DNA from: Camelus dromedarius
Lineage: Eukaryota
Length of the DNA: 64,000 bases
Assembly (NCBI RefSeq): GCF_036321535.1
Contig: NC_087437.1
Location: 105,154,001 to 105,218,000, forward strand
Reading direction: 5' to 3'
Below are positions 49,621-64,000 of the stretch, one piece after another; positions within the stretch are counted from its first letter, which is position 1, and every line of letters starts with the position of its first letter. Position numbers and translations under genes: made by a program. The notes beneath the pieces are model-generated. The model was given only the letters and a program-made list of their open reading frames with translations, ran no database searches and had not been told where the DNA came from.

Positions 49621-52600
49621 TAGTATTTTATAGTCCATAGTATATTTTATAGCAAAAAAATTTTATAAAATCCAAATGCTACAGTCTCCTATTTAAATAT
49701 TTACTGTATTCATTAAAATCCACTTTATATGGTTTAACATTTTCTCACAAATATTATTGTACAGTAGTGAGTCATCTGAGATATGAATTTGCTGATTTTA
49801 TTCTCATGCACAGACAAAAGTCCCAGGCCATTTTGTAAAAGAATTAGATGAAGCTTTTAATTTAAAGGACACAATTTTGGTTATATGAACTTTCATGATT
49901 CAAGAAGATAAACATTCTAGAACTATTAGTACGGATAATTAAAATTTTTTTCTAGATCAATACTTACTTCCTCATATTTTATTATATATATGAGTACATT
50001 TTAAAGCTAATTCTTGTATCTTTATTTTTAAAAATACAAAATCCAACTTATTACTTCTTTTCTCTCTTTTTTATTTTTTTGATTCTCTGCTCATGGATAC
50101 CTCTCTGGATACCATCATAAATGTGTTTGAATTTTGGCTCTGTCAATTGCCCAAATCCTCTGAGGTCTGTTTCTGAGCAACTATAAAGCATTAAGATACT
50201 ATCATCTACCAGGGTTTATTGGGATTATGAGACTATGAGAGATCAAATATTTTGATAGACCCCCAGACCAAACAGGGTTCTGCAAGTTCATGTTACTATG
50301 TAACAAAAAGCTAGAATTTGAGGCCATGACATTTTGGTCAGTTTCACTAGCATTAACTCTGATTGCTGTCCTTCAGTAGTAGGTGTGGTCTCAGAGTCCA
50401 AGTATGCAGCATGACTGCCAGCATTTAAACTGCTCTCACTCAACATGACGTTAAAATGACCATATACAAAGAAGGAAAGACAGGATCCTCAAAGATCAGT
50501 TTTACAGTGAGTCACAGAGAAGTGATTTTAAACAGCCAAACAGAAACTCTTCAGTGATTTGCTTACACTTAGTTGCTATATATATTTGAATGGAAGGGTG
50601 GAAACAACTATAGTTGACCCAGGAGGGGTCATCTAAATTCTGAATTTTAACTGTCCTAATTGTGAAAAATTTTTTAAAATCTTAAGTACAAAGTCTATGA
50701 AGAAGTGTTCAGTATTCTAATGCAGCTGATATAAACTCGCCTTCCTAAAGTGAAAACTTTGGCCAGCATCATGTCAGCTAGGAACAAGGACACTAACACC
50801 AGCAGATGTGCATATTACTTCCTAACAGGTCATCATGGAGCAATTAGTGGAATAGCAGAGAACTCTGGATGATCAACAGCATAGCTATGACACGCTTTGT
50901 TCCCTATCTCTAGACAAATGCCCTTGTATTTTAGGATTGAGGGTGATGTTGAAATCATACAGCAATAATATATCACATTTTATTTTATTTAAAAAATATG
51001 CTGGAATGCCAGACAACTAAATAAGTTATTTTTTTAAAAGGATTGAGAATATAATTATGTTCTTTTCTGACCCCATTAATGCTTTAACACAATAAATTTG
51101 TATGTTTCTTGTGACTTTGTTGTAAATTAGAGGAGAGAAATTCCATTGGTCAAACTACAAATAACTGAAGGTTATTATTATACTTTCTTGGACATGACAG
51201 TCTAATGGGCTGAGAGAACTACAAACTCGTGACAACACTGATTACTATATAGAAAGTGTTTAATCATAGCCACATAAACAAGCTGGCTATAAAATTTGCT
51301 TTAAGTAAACATTTGTCTGATTAGTAGTAGTGCATCATTCCACAAATGTCTAAATGATCTTTTCTTGTCTTTTAAAAGCTATGCTGAAAATATTTCTCTA
51401 GAATACTTATTTTTATGCAATATTGGCAAACAGAAGTAGTTTTGAAGCAATTTCTCAGAGTTAAAAACAAAACAAAAGTCAACTTCTAAATTAATTTAAG
51501 AAATGATCTATAATTATGAGATTCTGCTGCAGATCTAATTTTAAAAACTCTATTTCCTAAAAAAAAAGATAAATAAAACTAGAAAGACTACTTCAATTTT
51601 ATTTGTATAAGCTTTGAGTTTATTCTTCCTTGGCACAATTAGTATAAATAAGCCTCTGTTCTCTAATGGAAGAAAACTATAAATTCCTCTCTGGCGACTC
51701 ACGAAACGCAGAACATAATAAATCAGTCATTAAAAGTTAAAGGATTATTTTTCTGTCCCAGATCTTAGCAGTTGTAACTTGGACTCACAGTTCAGGGAAG
51801 TGGTAAAAATCTATGTGGAACAACACATCTTTGTAAATTTGCTTGACTAGGATTATTATCAAGATCACACATTCAAAGACAGCTTTCAAAAGAACTTCAG
51901 GGAAAAATGTCTCTCTTGTTCAGAATTAATGCATCTGTTTCTATTTGCTGCATTCCTATAATCTCTGATGAAAGTTTCAGGTTTAACCCTAACTAGTTTC
52001 ATATTAAGAATGTATCTTTAAAAACAAAACTACTCAGATTTTTGTGAGAAGAGTCTGCCTGCTACTTTAAGATACAACATTATTTTCTAGATTTTAAATG
52101 AATTTGAAGAGGAATAAGTAGAAGTTCAGTGCTAAAATCAGACAGTTGAAAATGCATTTCCTAACAAGAATGATACTCTATAATGTCAATTTTGAGAATG
52201 ATTAGGGACCATACACAGTAGCCCAAGAAGTGTGTGTGCTTTCCATCTACTGTTTTTAATGGAGGGAAACTGTAATTAGACGCAGCAGCATTGAAAGTAT
52301 ACCTGTTTTTTAGATAATGATGGTTAAAAATGATTTAAAAACTGTAATAAAGCACTCATTTTCACTTGAAATGATAATGTCAATCACATATTTGATTATC
52401 TTATACTCCTTCGATTTATTTTCATTTGATTTACCTACTTTTGCTTAATTCTAACCTTGGATGAAGCCAACGCTTTGCCTTTTTTCTCAGTATTCACATT
52501 TAGATGATAACTCTTGCTGGAATAAGTCATTCAGCTGCATGCGTAAACACCAACATAATTTAAGGTATCCATCTCACTTGGGCACTCAGTACTGATTTGC

Positions 52601-53672
52601 ATACCCAGTGATTTCTCTAATTAGCTCATTCCAGTGCTTTCCTCTACAGTGTATTCACATAATCTCTATTCTCTTCAAGCCTCTGATCATTGCTTGTACC
52701 TTTCTCTCCCACCTCATCCTCTACTTACAAACCAGTCTCACTTATTTAAAGAGAAAGTATCAGATGGACAGCACTTTAAACTCCAACTATGAGTGTTTTT
52801 GACATATGCATCAGTCTTTCTCTTTCTTCCTATTTTAATTGAGAGACACAACATTTTGAAAGAATGGGAGGAAATATTTTAAAACTGGGAAAAATATGTA
52901 TAATAGAAATGATGATATTAAATTTTCTCTTCTCAATTCTCTTCCTTTTCCTCCTGGCCCCATTTTTCCCTTTTAGTCTTCAAGCTTTCTACTATTAGAA
53001 GAGATTAATTCTATTAAATATGAGGGAAAAAAAACAAAGTTAACATTATTCCTTTCTTTCTTTTTTGCCTTTTGCCAGAAATTCTGTTGGCATTATTTTT
53101 ATTCAAAAGATCACATTATCCAGTATCTAATATATAACACTCAAGACATTCACCTAATTAAATGAATTGAATGAAAATAACATGAACATGACACAATGAT
53201 CAGTTCACTGTTGACACCATGAAATAAACTGCCTAAAATTCAACCATTCAACAATGTAAAAATGGTGCAGGAAAAGCATTGCTTTTAAATACACATGTTT
53301 GATGAACACATCAATCATTTTAAATAGACTTTTTATAGAAAGAGGAATGGCTGAATTAATTATAGGTGATACTTATGCTGCTTGCATGATATATTTGAAC
53401 TTTTGGAGCTCAGTTCATAAATGCATTCAAGACAACCCTCCAAAACCAAAAGCACATTATTTACTTGATAAAAAATTTTAGATGGACTCTTATTATTTTG
53501 AATAGTAGGTCAAGAAAATGAGAATGAAAAGGAAAGAATTTTCTAATAGCTTACATTATTTTTTCTTCTAGTTTTCAACTTTGAATTATATGCCTCTATG
53601 TATCATTCCCAGTTGCTAGAATGACACTTCCTGCCCGACAGCACAAACACATTCACACACACTCGCACACAC

Positions 53673-53758
53673 ACAAGCACGGATGCATATTTGGAAAAAC
53701 AAAAAAGATTTCTTAACAAGCATGGATGCATATTTGGAAAAACAAAAAAGATTTCTTA
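53673..53758. repeat. 43-bp tandem duplication
   Basis: acaagcaYggatgcatatttggaaaaacaaaaaagatttctta twice. Confidence 0.9.
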
Positions 53759-53939
53759 AGTTTTCTAAGAAGTCTACTCTGATTAAGCCCTTGCAGTATT
53801 CATTTTACATTCCCTTGGCAAACAATGTTCTGTAGTTATCTTAAAATGATCCTACATATTCTCTGATGTCTATTTCTAGTTGTTATTGAGATATTGCTTT
53901 CTATTTCTCATATGATGCCCCCACATATAAAGCATTCAT

Positions 53940-56250
53940 ATACTTGCTAATTTTCTGTCTAGTTCTTCTGCCAGTTGCTGAGAATGGAGTGTTGAAGTTC
54001 CCAACTATAATTTTTGAGTTTGTCTACTCCTTATGTCTCCATTAGCTTTTGCTTCATGTATTTTAGAGCTCTGTTTTATAGTGACTACATTAGAATTGTT
54101 ACACATTAGGATCCTTGTTGATTGTTCATTTTTATCAGTAAGTCATGTTCCTTTTTATTTTGTGTCCTGAGTTCTTTCTCTGATATTAAAAACAGTTACT
54201 CTTAATTTTTCACTAATGTTTGCATGATATATCTTGTTTTATTATTTATTTATTTTACTTTCAAACCAGCTATGTCAATGAATTTGGGATTTCTTATAAC
54301 ATGGTATAGTAGGTTTGTGTGTGTGTATTAATCTACACTGCCAATCGCAGCCTTTTAATTGTTGTCCTTAGACCATTTACATTTAACGTAATTGTTACGT
54401 CAGAGCTTAACTCTGTCCTTTATTATTCGTTTTCTGTTTATGTATTATATTTCTTGTGACTTTTGTTGCCTCTCTCTCATTTACTTAAACATTTCTCTAG
54501 GATTCAATCATGATTTATTTATAGTGTTTTTGAGTGTATCTCTTTGTAAAAATTTTGTAGACACTGCTTTGGGCATTATTATATACATATGTGACTTATT
54601 ACAGTCTATTGGTATCAAAACTTTAGCACTTCCCTTAGGCCCCTTCACATTCCCTATTTTTAAATATTGTTATGTTGAATATAAAATGATATTATAATTT
54701 GTTTCTGTTTTCAAACATGATTTTTAAAAGTTATGAGTAGACTAGTCTATTGAATATGTCCATATTTCTGTTCGTTCTTCCTTCCTGATATTCTAAGATT
54801 TATCACTTGCTTTTTTGTTTGATGAATTTCCTTTAGTGAATCTTGAAGAGTAGCTCTGTTAGTGATAATTATTTTTTGTCTTCATTTTTTTCCTTATTCA
54901 TGAAGGATACTTTTTGCTGGATATGGAATTTGTTTTTGATAGTACCCTTTTTTCAGCATTTGTAAAATATTATGCCATTTTTCTCTTGCCTCCATGATTT
55001 AAAAAAAAAAATACATTGTCATTCGAATTGGTGGTACCCTTAGGTAATACATTTGTTTCTCTTTGGTTGCTTCCAAGTTTTATTTTTATTTTATCTTTAG
55101 TTTTTAAGAGTTTAATACTCAGCTTCTTTAATCTGTAGGTTTATGTCTTTGTTAAATTTGGGAAGTGTTCAGCCAATATTTTTTTAATATTTTTTTTAAT
55201 CCCACTTTTTTTCTCCTTTTCTTTTGGGACTCCAGTGACACAGATACTGAATCTTTTGCTATTGTCCTGCAGGTTTATGAGGTTCTGTCCATTTTTTTTT
55301 TTTTTCCTGTGCATGTTTTCTGTCTGTTACTCAGATTGGGCAAACTCTATCGATCAGTCTTCAAGTTCATTGATTATATCTTTTTCAAATCTTATGTATG
55401 ACTATGCCCATATAGCACATTATTTTTCCTGTTATTTTTGTCTCTTCCATAATTTTTGTTTGCTTATTTCTTATAACTTCTACTTCTTTGCTCGTATTTT
55501 CTATTTTCATTTGTTTCAAGATAATTTCTTATTTAAGAACTTTAATAACAGCTGTTTTAAAATCCTGTCAGTTAATTCCAGTGTCTGATTTGTTTCATAA
55601 TTTATATCAATTGATTTTCCTTTCTCAATCTAATTGTAATTTTTCTTATTCTTGGTATGGTCTATGATTTCCAATTACACATTCAAAATTTTGTATATTA
55701 TATGAGGATACTCTGAATCCTATTAAATATTTTCTTTTACCAGGCAGTCATTCTGCCTAGGCTTAACACACAGGTTTTTGCCTAATATTTTTGGCTACGG
55801 TTCACATGACAATTTAATTTTCAGAATTTTGTTTTGTTCTATTTGGTTTATCTACTACTACTGGGACTCCCATTAAACTGTACTGGTGATACATGAGGGA
55901 ACAGAAAGAGTGTTCTCAGGTGTCTCTAGGTGGTAAAAGAGATTTTTCTATCCTGTGGGGTTGAAGAGCACCTTCTTGGCTGGCTAACTCACTGCAGTAG
56001 AATATCATTCAATCTGTGATAGAAGTAGTCCTGCCCGGGCCACTTCTGCTACTATGTTAGATTTCAGGAAACCTCAAGCTTGATCTTCTGTTGAGAGGGT
56101 AGAATGCCCTGACACCACATTTTACCCCCATCCCGAGGTTCCTAACATGTTCACCTTTTTCTTTCCTTCTTTCAGAGGTTTTTTTTTTTTTTTTTTTTTT
56201 TTTTGGCTTCCTACTGCATTATATTCAGGGTTATAGTTAGCCTACTAATA
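53940..56250 (-). mobile_element. Old, highly decayed L1 (5'/ORF1 to ORF2-start region)
   Basis: gtgttgaagttcccaactataa; tttgggaagtgttcagccaatatt; tcttcaagttcattgatt; T-rich antisense L1 composition. Confidence 0.65.
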
Positions 56251-59200
56251 AAAATATATTTTTTTGTCATTCCTAGTGCTACCAAGAAAACAGAAACCAC
56301 ACAAGTTACTTCAACAGAGGGAATTGGTTATAAGGATTTTGCCTGGCTGCAAACAAAAAGAGAAAATTGAAGTGTTGGAAACACATTAAATGAACAAAGC
56401 TTCTTCCATCACTAGGACTGGATTAACAAGAGGAGGAGTTTGGGGTTATCAAAATCTAAAATTATGTAAGAGGCCATGGATTTTGGACTCAGATTTCTCG
56501 GGAGGGAGTTCTGCCTGGTTGTCACTGGTATTTTTGATTAGATGGGATTAAGCTAATCTTGTAAACACCAAAAATTTGGATAATGATACCAACTGCTTCT
56601 TTGTTGTTGCTAAAATGAAAGGCATTGCTAGGACAAAGCTAATAGAAGGTTTTTACATGCAGAAAGAAGTACATTTTTCTGCCTCCTACTTTTTAATTCC
56701 CCTCTAGTGTTCCCTATGCGGTACCTTCTAGGGATCCCCTGTTAATGGAGAAGTGTAATTTGCAGGATCCAAGTTCCATCCCAACAGCCCAGAATAAAGA
56801 TGCATAGATTTATAGCTGAAAGATAGTCACATTCTTTGATTATATTTTGATGGTTCAAACATGGATGCATGACAACTTGTTATGGAAATTAACAGCTACA
56901 ACTTTTCCTTCAGAGAAAAGAAATAGGAAAGCTTCAGAAAAAAGGAAATCATGAACAACAATCTTCTAAACATATTTTATTTGTCATGATAGACTGCATA
57001 TGAACTGCATATGCTTCATCTTTTGTCATGACTATTAACAGTTCCTTCATGCAAATATTAAATAAGGTGTTCTAATGAGTGAATACTGTTGTTTGATCAT
57101 CTATCATTCAAGTTAAAAATATATGGACCTATATTCTCAAGAGATGAATATATTTTATTAGAAGCCACACTGACTAGTTCCTGTATATGCATTAAAAAGA
57201 TTTTCTGACCTTGCCCTTCTCTAATGTTTGATGAGTACTCTTAAATAATAAGAAATATCTGAGTAATATCTTCAATTTTAAAATATATGCAAGCCATTTT
57301 AAAATGAAAACTTACTGTCCTAGGTGAATATTCAAATAGAATATCCTGAATAACTTAAAAACCAAATGTTGACCTATTATAAAGTTTCTCAAGAAGATTT
57401 GTCTAAAAATCAAGACCTTGTTGAGATTTCCCCAGCCTTGGTTTTGTACCAACTCAGCTAATTCTCAAGCATTGCTCAAAGAGCACTCAAACAATTGTAT
57501 AAATGTTAGTGGAATAGTATGTGTTTTAGCCAAGTCTTTATCTTTATTTGTATGAACCTCTGTGAAGGGTTAAAACTCAAATTGAGTTTAATATGTTTTA
57601 TTAATATATATGTTTCAATATATATATATACACACACATACACACACACATACATATATAAATCAATAACTCAGTCAAGTTTATTTATAGGTAATAATAG
57701 GTAATTGTAACATAAGATGCATTGGTAGTGATTTAGAAAATCTAAGTTTCTCAAAGATTTACAAGTCTATGAATATTAACCAAATTATTTTCATGCTAAG
57801 AGCTCAACTTTTACTAGTCCTTGCACAATATAAGCCCTTAGTCTTCCCTACTAAAATGCATGCTCCATGAAAGCTCTCTACTTATTTCCCTCATTCATCA
57901 GTATTTCTTCATGGTAAAGGAATGCTAAGCTACACGTTGTGAACCCTGAATAGATATCTGTTGTATTACTGAATGAATAAATCTACTGAGAATCTCATTA
58001 ACTTAGTGATGGACATTTTTAGATAGAAAAGCCATTTTTAAAAACATTGTCTTTTATAAATATGGTACATTTGTATTTCATAAAATGCTATTAGAATGCT
58101 GAATTTACTAAGATTATATTTTATTTAAAATGAGTTGTAACATATCTGTTTTACAAATGCGATATTGTGAATTTGCCTACTGTGGTATTATATGTGTGTG
58201 TGTGACTCATGTCCTCTTACCCCAACTACACGTCCAGCATAGCTGTGTGCCAGGCCGTGCACATTTACCAAGTCTCACCTGAAACACATGTAACAGGGAT
58301 GCTTGCTCAACTCTTACTCAGGCTCCAATGTCCCCACATCCATGTATGATCACCTTGCCTTTAATTCTGTCTCTTCACCTAGAACTGCTCTATGATTTCT
58401 CATTGTCCAGGTTCCCTCCTTTCTATGCTTTTGATTTAAACACCCAGGACACTCCTAACATAAGGGTGTGCTGTGGATAAAGCTTTCTCCTGCTTTATCC
58501 TGATACAAAGGAAAAACATTGGTAGATAGGTACTGACAACCACTTAATATACGGATGAGAAAACTGAGTTAAAAAAAGTCTTTTTGAAAAACTTTATACT
58601 ACATGTCACTTACACAAATCCTTTTCAGTGAATCTTACATTCTCCTTTATACACATTTATTTAGCATGTTGATTTTCTTTAGCTGTACTTGAATTTTGAC
58701 ATTAAATCAAAGTCACTAATGCTTAATTAATGTGGAAAGCCAGCCAATATGACTAATATAATCTTTCTTTCAGTTTTCAAGGGCTTTCTGAATTGATGGC
58801 ATGGATTTTTAAAAACTTTTTAGTGAAAATATAAATTAATGTAAAACTGTACCCTCTTCAAATTACCATGCAGACAGAGAAGGCAGCATTTTCATAAATA
58901 CTACAAATCTACTAACTGTTGACAGCCTTATTATTGGATTAATATCTTATTCTTTTCAGAAAATTCTTGTGAATGTTTGGGTCATCCATTATGCTCTGAA
59001 AGTCAATATTCATTGCCAACTGTAGATTCATTTGTCAAACTAACAAGAGTAAGAATTAATTTCACTTGCATGGCCTACTTCCAAATGTGTCCTTTCCACA
59101 ATCCCAAGAGAATCATTCCTCATTGCACTTAGCACAGTGTGACCCATTAATGGATTTCTTGTTTTTTTCGCTGCCCTTGTTGTATTTCCTCTATGGAAAA

Positions 59201-59689
59201 GATGGTAGTGGAATTCACTTCTCTTTTTACTCCAAGAATTCTTTTCTGTAATTCAGTCATAAACTTACCATCCGAATATTTAAAATAATAAAATTAAGAC
59301 TATAATTCTTTCAGTTCCTACCATTTGTTATACATTCAAAGTGTTTCTTACATAATGGTTGTTTTAACATTTAGAATATTTCTAGTTGTTTGTTAAGAGA
59401 AAACCATAGCATTATCATGGGTGATATAATGTGAAACCCAAAGAAACTGGAAATAATCTAACCCAAGGTCCTCTTTTATTATTATCATTTTTAACTGATA
59501 TTATGTGCTATTGAGACCTATGCTAAGTGACTTGTCCAAGGTTAGTGAGGACAGCCAAGAAATGAAAGAACAAGGGACAAAATCAGATCTTCTTATTATC
59601 CATTGTTTTCTAATAATCTTATATCTCAATGATCATAAGATATAATTTTTGCCAACACCTATATCATCATGCTAAGTAATTAATTACTT

Positions 59690-60230
59690 ATTTACTCATA
59701 CAAGAAATAGATCTGTATACCTACTACGTAAGATCTGTTCTAAGAATTTGGCATATAACAGTGAACAAAACAGGCTAGAATTCCTGCCTTTATGTCCATT
59801 AAGCATAGTAAATAAATACATTATATAGTAATTTAAAATATTCTAAATGCTATCAAGTAAAGAAAGACATCACGATAAGGAGAACTTGATATGAAGATGG
59901 TGAGGAGCAGCAGATGGAGTCAGAGAGGTTGTTGCAACTTGAAATAGGTGGTCAGGATAGACTTTATCATAAAAGACATTTGAGAAAGGATTGAAAGTTT
60001 AATAGTAATATCCAGGTGGATATATTGGGGAAGAACATTCCAAGCAGAGGGGACAATATGTGCAAAGCCCTGAGCTATGGGAGACGAACACCAATATGAA
60101 GGTCAATGCAAGTAGTAGGAGATGAATTCTGAGGAGTAATTTGTGAACCAGTCCATAAAGGGCACTTTGTATGATGTAAGGGCTTTACATTTTACTCTGA
60201 AAAATATGGAACACCACTGTAAGATGGTTG
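59690..60230 (-). mobile_element. L2 LINE remnant
   Basis: cagtgaacaaaacagg...ttggggaagaacattccaagcagaggggacaatatgtgcaaagccctgag. Confidence 0.7.
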
Positions 60231-61654
60231 AGTATAATGGAAGAAATTTTCCCATATTGAGGTATGGAGATGTCATTCTGGCTTATACATGATTTGGTTT
60301 GAATTTTATGCTGATTAGAACAACCTATATTATGGCCTGTCAAACATGCATTGTACATTTGCTTTCACTATTAAAGAAAATAATGGAATCAAAATCAAAA
60401 TCAATTTCCAGTATCCAAAATGGAGCTTGGTGACCATTGTGGATGTGGTTTCAGACATGTTCCTACATTACTGAGCGTTCAAATGTTACGAACTCTATTA
60501 AACTCAAAGATATCGTCTGTTGGTCTCAAAACAGTATCTGCTAGAAGTTGACAGCAGCAATTTCGTGGTCTCAAGATCTCCCCCTTCTAACTCAAATAAT
60601 ACTTTTTTCTACCCCTTTCATAGATTGTTTATTGATTATTTCCATTGCCAAGTAGATTATATGCTTCAACTCACATTTTAAAAAACAATCTGCTGCTGTA
60701 TGAAAACAGATTTGTATTGTATTATATTGTGTTGTATTGGTAGGGGACAAGGTTGTAAAAAGGAGGAGCTGGTGGCTATTGCTATAAACAATTATAACAA
60801 GTCTCAGACAAGGATGATGGCATTATCTGGCAAAATGCTTTCACAATTCTGACTAAGAATGCAAGATCACACTTTTCTGGCTGTGCAATGATTGTGAAAA
60901 GCACTCACTTTCACAACTACAGTAATAACTCAGGTTTTCACATGGCTTCAGTCCACTGGGGTTAGGGGTAGGGGCTCTGAAAGAAAGCACAGTTCTTAAA
61001 GTTGTGATTGAGGCTCTAAAGGGTACAATGAAGAATACCAGAGGCCTTCATTATGGTTTCTACTGTGAAAGGCAGGAGATGTAGGGCAAAGATTTAAGAT
61101 CCCTTAGGTACAAAATATGTAAGAGCTCAAATACAAAAGCCACAAAGAAAGAAAATCAAGCTCTTTATATTTTCTTGTTCTAAAGATGTTTTTTAAAAAT
61201 CTTTTTTTAAACTTATTTACAGTCTTATCTAAAACTCTAACTATATGAATTTTAGAATTCAGTTTTTTCAAATTTCATTTTAAAAGAACAATATGTAACA
61301 TATGTAATAATATGTAGCACTACTGGCAGATTCTGGAATTTTAAAGAACAGCCTAAGTAATCAAATCTAATTTATATACCTGCAGTAAAACACATGGATA
61401 TTAACACTAATATAGAGATAGGATAGAGCAATTTGTTAAATAAACTCACACAACTTTATACTAGATTTTCTAATAAATTAATTTAACTAGACCAAGTATT
61501 GGCTTCCAATATAGAGAAAATGCTTTCTGTATTTTAGAAGTGTACATAATGGATTGTGGATCTGTATTTTATCAGCATGCTCTATCTTAGTTTTTGCCAA
61601 TATATATTTATTTTAACATGAAATAACTTTTTAAAATACCTCAATATAATAAAA

Positions 61655-61823
61655 GTCATATAGGACAAGCCCACAGCTAACATCATACTCAGTGGTGAAA
61701 GTTTGAAAGCATTCCCTCTAAAACCTGGAACAAAGCAAGGATGACCACTCTCACCACATTATTAACACAATACTGGAAGCCCTAGTTATAGCAATCAGAC
61801 AAGAAGAGAAATAAAAGAAATCC
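61655..61823 (+). mobile_element. L1 ORF2 reverse-transcriptase fragment
   Basis: DKPTANIILSGESLKAFPLKPGTKQG*PLSP motif. Confidence 0.8.
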
Positions 61824-64000
61824 ACTTATTGAAGAGACTGCCTTTTCTCCATTGTATAATCTTGCCTCCTTTGTCACAGATTAACTGACCATAAGTATGT
61901 GTGCTTATTTCTGGACTTTCAATCCTGTTCCCTTGATCTATGTGTCTGCTTTTGTGCCAGTACCACCCTGTTCTGATTACTGTAGCTTTGTAGTACAGTC
62001 TGAAGCCAGGGAGCTTGATTCCCCCAGCTCCATTCTTCTTTCTAAAGATTGTTTTGGCTATTCAGGATATTTTGTGTTTACATAAAAATATTAACATTTT
62101 TCATTCCAGTTTTGTGAAAACTGTTACTGATAACTTGATAAGGATCACATCTGTATATTGCCTTGGATAGCATGGCCATTTTAACAATATTGAGTCTTCC
62201 AATTCAATAACACAGTATATCTTTCCATCTGTTTGTGTTGTTTTTAATTTCTTTCATTAGTCTTATAGTTTTCAGAGTACAGGTCCTTTGCCTCCTTAGG
62301 TAGATTTATCCCTAGGTATTTTACTCTTTTTGGTGTGATGGTAAATGGGATTATTTCCTTAATTTATTTTTCTGATATTTCATTGTTACTGCATAGAAAT
62401 ACAACTGATTTCTATACATTAATTTTGTATCCTGCAACTTCATCAAATTCATTGATGAGTTCTGGTAGTTTTCTGGTGGTGTCTTTAGGATTTTCTATGT
62501 ATAGTATCATGGTCATCTGAAAACAATGACAGTTTTACTTCTTTTCCAAATTGGATTCCTTCTATTTCTTTTTCTTCTCTGATTTCTTTGGCTAGGACTT
62601 CCAAAACAACATTGAATAAAAGTGGTGAGAGTGGGAATCCTTGTCTTATTCCTGATCTTAGAGGAAATGCTTTCATCTTTTCTCCATTAAGTATGATGTT
62701 AGTTGTGGGTTTGTCATATATGGCCTTCGTTATGTTGAAGTATGTTCCCTCTATGCCCACCTTCTGGAGAATTTTTATCATAAATGGATGTTTAATTTTA
62801 TCAAAAGCTTTTTCTGCATCTATTGAGATGACCATATGGTTTTTATTCTTCAGTTTGTTAATGTGGTATGTCACATCCACTGATTTGCAGATATTAAAAA
62901 TCCTCACACTCCTGCGATAAATCCCACTTCATTATAGTGTATGATCCTTTTAATGCATGTCCATTTGCTAGTATTTTGTAAAGGATTTTTGTACCTATAT
63001 TCGTAAGTGATAGTGGCCTATGATTTTCTCTTTTGTAATATCTTTGTCTTATTTTGTATCAGGGTAATGGTGGCCTCATAGAGTGAGTTAGGAAGTGTTC
63101 CTTCCTCTGTAATGTTTTGGAATAGTTTCAGAAGGATAGGCATTAACAGCTTTAAATGTTTGGTAGAATTTGCATGTGAAGTCTTCTAGCCCTGGACTTT
63201 TGTTTGTTAAGAGTTTTTAAATTACTGACTCAATTTCAGTACTACTAATTGGTCTATTCATATTGTCTATTTCTTCCTGGTTCATCCTTGGCAAATTGTA
63301 CTTTTCTAAGAATCTGTCTGTTTCTTCTAGGTTGTCCTCCTTGTTGGTGTACAGTTGCTCATAGTAGCCTCTTAAGAGCGCTTGTATTCCTGTGGTGTCA
63401 GTTTTAACTTCTCTTTTACATTTCTAATTTTATTTAATTTGAGCCCTCTCTTTTTTTTTATGAGTCTGACTAAAAGTTTATCAATTTTTTTTGTATCTTT
63501 CCAAAGGACCAGCTTTTAGTCTCATTGATATTTTCTATTGTTTTTTAGTCTTTATTTCATTTATCTTTTCTCTAATATTTATAATTTCTTTCCTTCTACT
63601 AATTTTGGATTTTGTTTGTTCTTCTTTCTCAGTTGCTTTAGGTGTAAGGTAAAGTTGATTATTTGAGATTTTTCTTATTTCCTGAGGTAAGCTTATATTA
63701 TTATAAACTTCCCGCTTAGAACTGCCTTTGCTATGTCCCAGAGGTTTTGGATCACCGTGTTTTCATTTTCATTTGTCTCTAAGTATTTTTTGATTCCTCT
63801 TTGATTTCTTCAGTGATCCATTTGCATATTATATAGCCTCTGCATGTTTGTGCAGTTTTTGCAGTGTTTTCCTTGTAGTTGATTTCAAATCTCACTGGAC
63901 TGTGGTTGGAAAAGATAGGATTTTCCAACCACATGATATGAATACAATTTTCTTAAATTTATTGAGGCTTACTTAGTGGGCCAGCATGTAGTCTATTCTG
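61824..64000 (-). mobile_element. LINE-1 ORF2 (RT region), decayed, 3'-truncated, continues past the window end
   Basis: ORF 62485..62907 [22 protein letters not shown]...[21 protein letters not shown] is canonical L1 RT. Confidence 0.95.

Noticed and set aside
1..64000. Prokaryotic-type systems (CRISPR arrays, operons) or a CpG-island promoter
   Set aside because: CpG-depleted mammalian DNA with no regularly spaced repeat-spacer array and no CpG island

Overview
AT-rich, repeat-rich mammalian genomic DNA. It is very probably camelid: it carries a vic-1-type tRNA-derived SINE and camelid-type L1 3' ends. No intact multi-exon gene could be recognised, and most of the short ORFs are chance or repeat-derived. 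The central feature is an inverted repeat with 1262-bp arms (27092-28353 on +, 34189-35450 on -) around a 5835-bp spacer; I found only 2 differences between the arms. Each arm holds the 5' part of an intronless, diverged cTAGE5/MIA2-like retrocopy, and the two copies are convergent and share two in-frame stops. The right copy runs to the cTAGE5 C-terminus and 3' UTR, while the left copy is cut off and fused directly to an LTR-less ERV pol fragment. Just outside the near-identical cores the arms still align for ~160 bp but are heavily diverged. Older paralogous blocks lie at 31.4-33.1 kb versus 46.7-48.3 kb (inverted) and 24.5-25.1 kb versus 48.4-49.0 kb (direct). This suggests an ancient, decayed cTAGE-like amplicon with one palindrome recently homogenised by arm-to-arm conversion or inversion. 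It is a candidate source of long hairpin RNA/endo-siRNA and a candidate invertible segment. Smaller finds include a SINE-L1 chimeric insertion, a 5'-inverted L1 and a fold-back micro-insertion. Repeat family names are by eye, repeat boundaries are approximate, and identity figures for diverged blocks are rough estimates.
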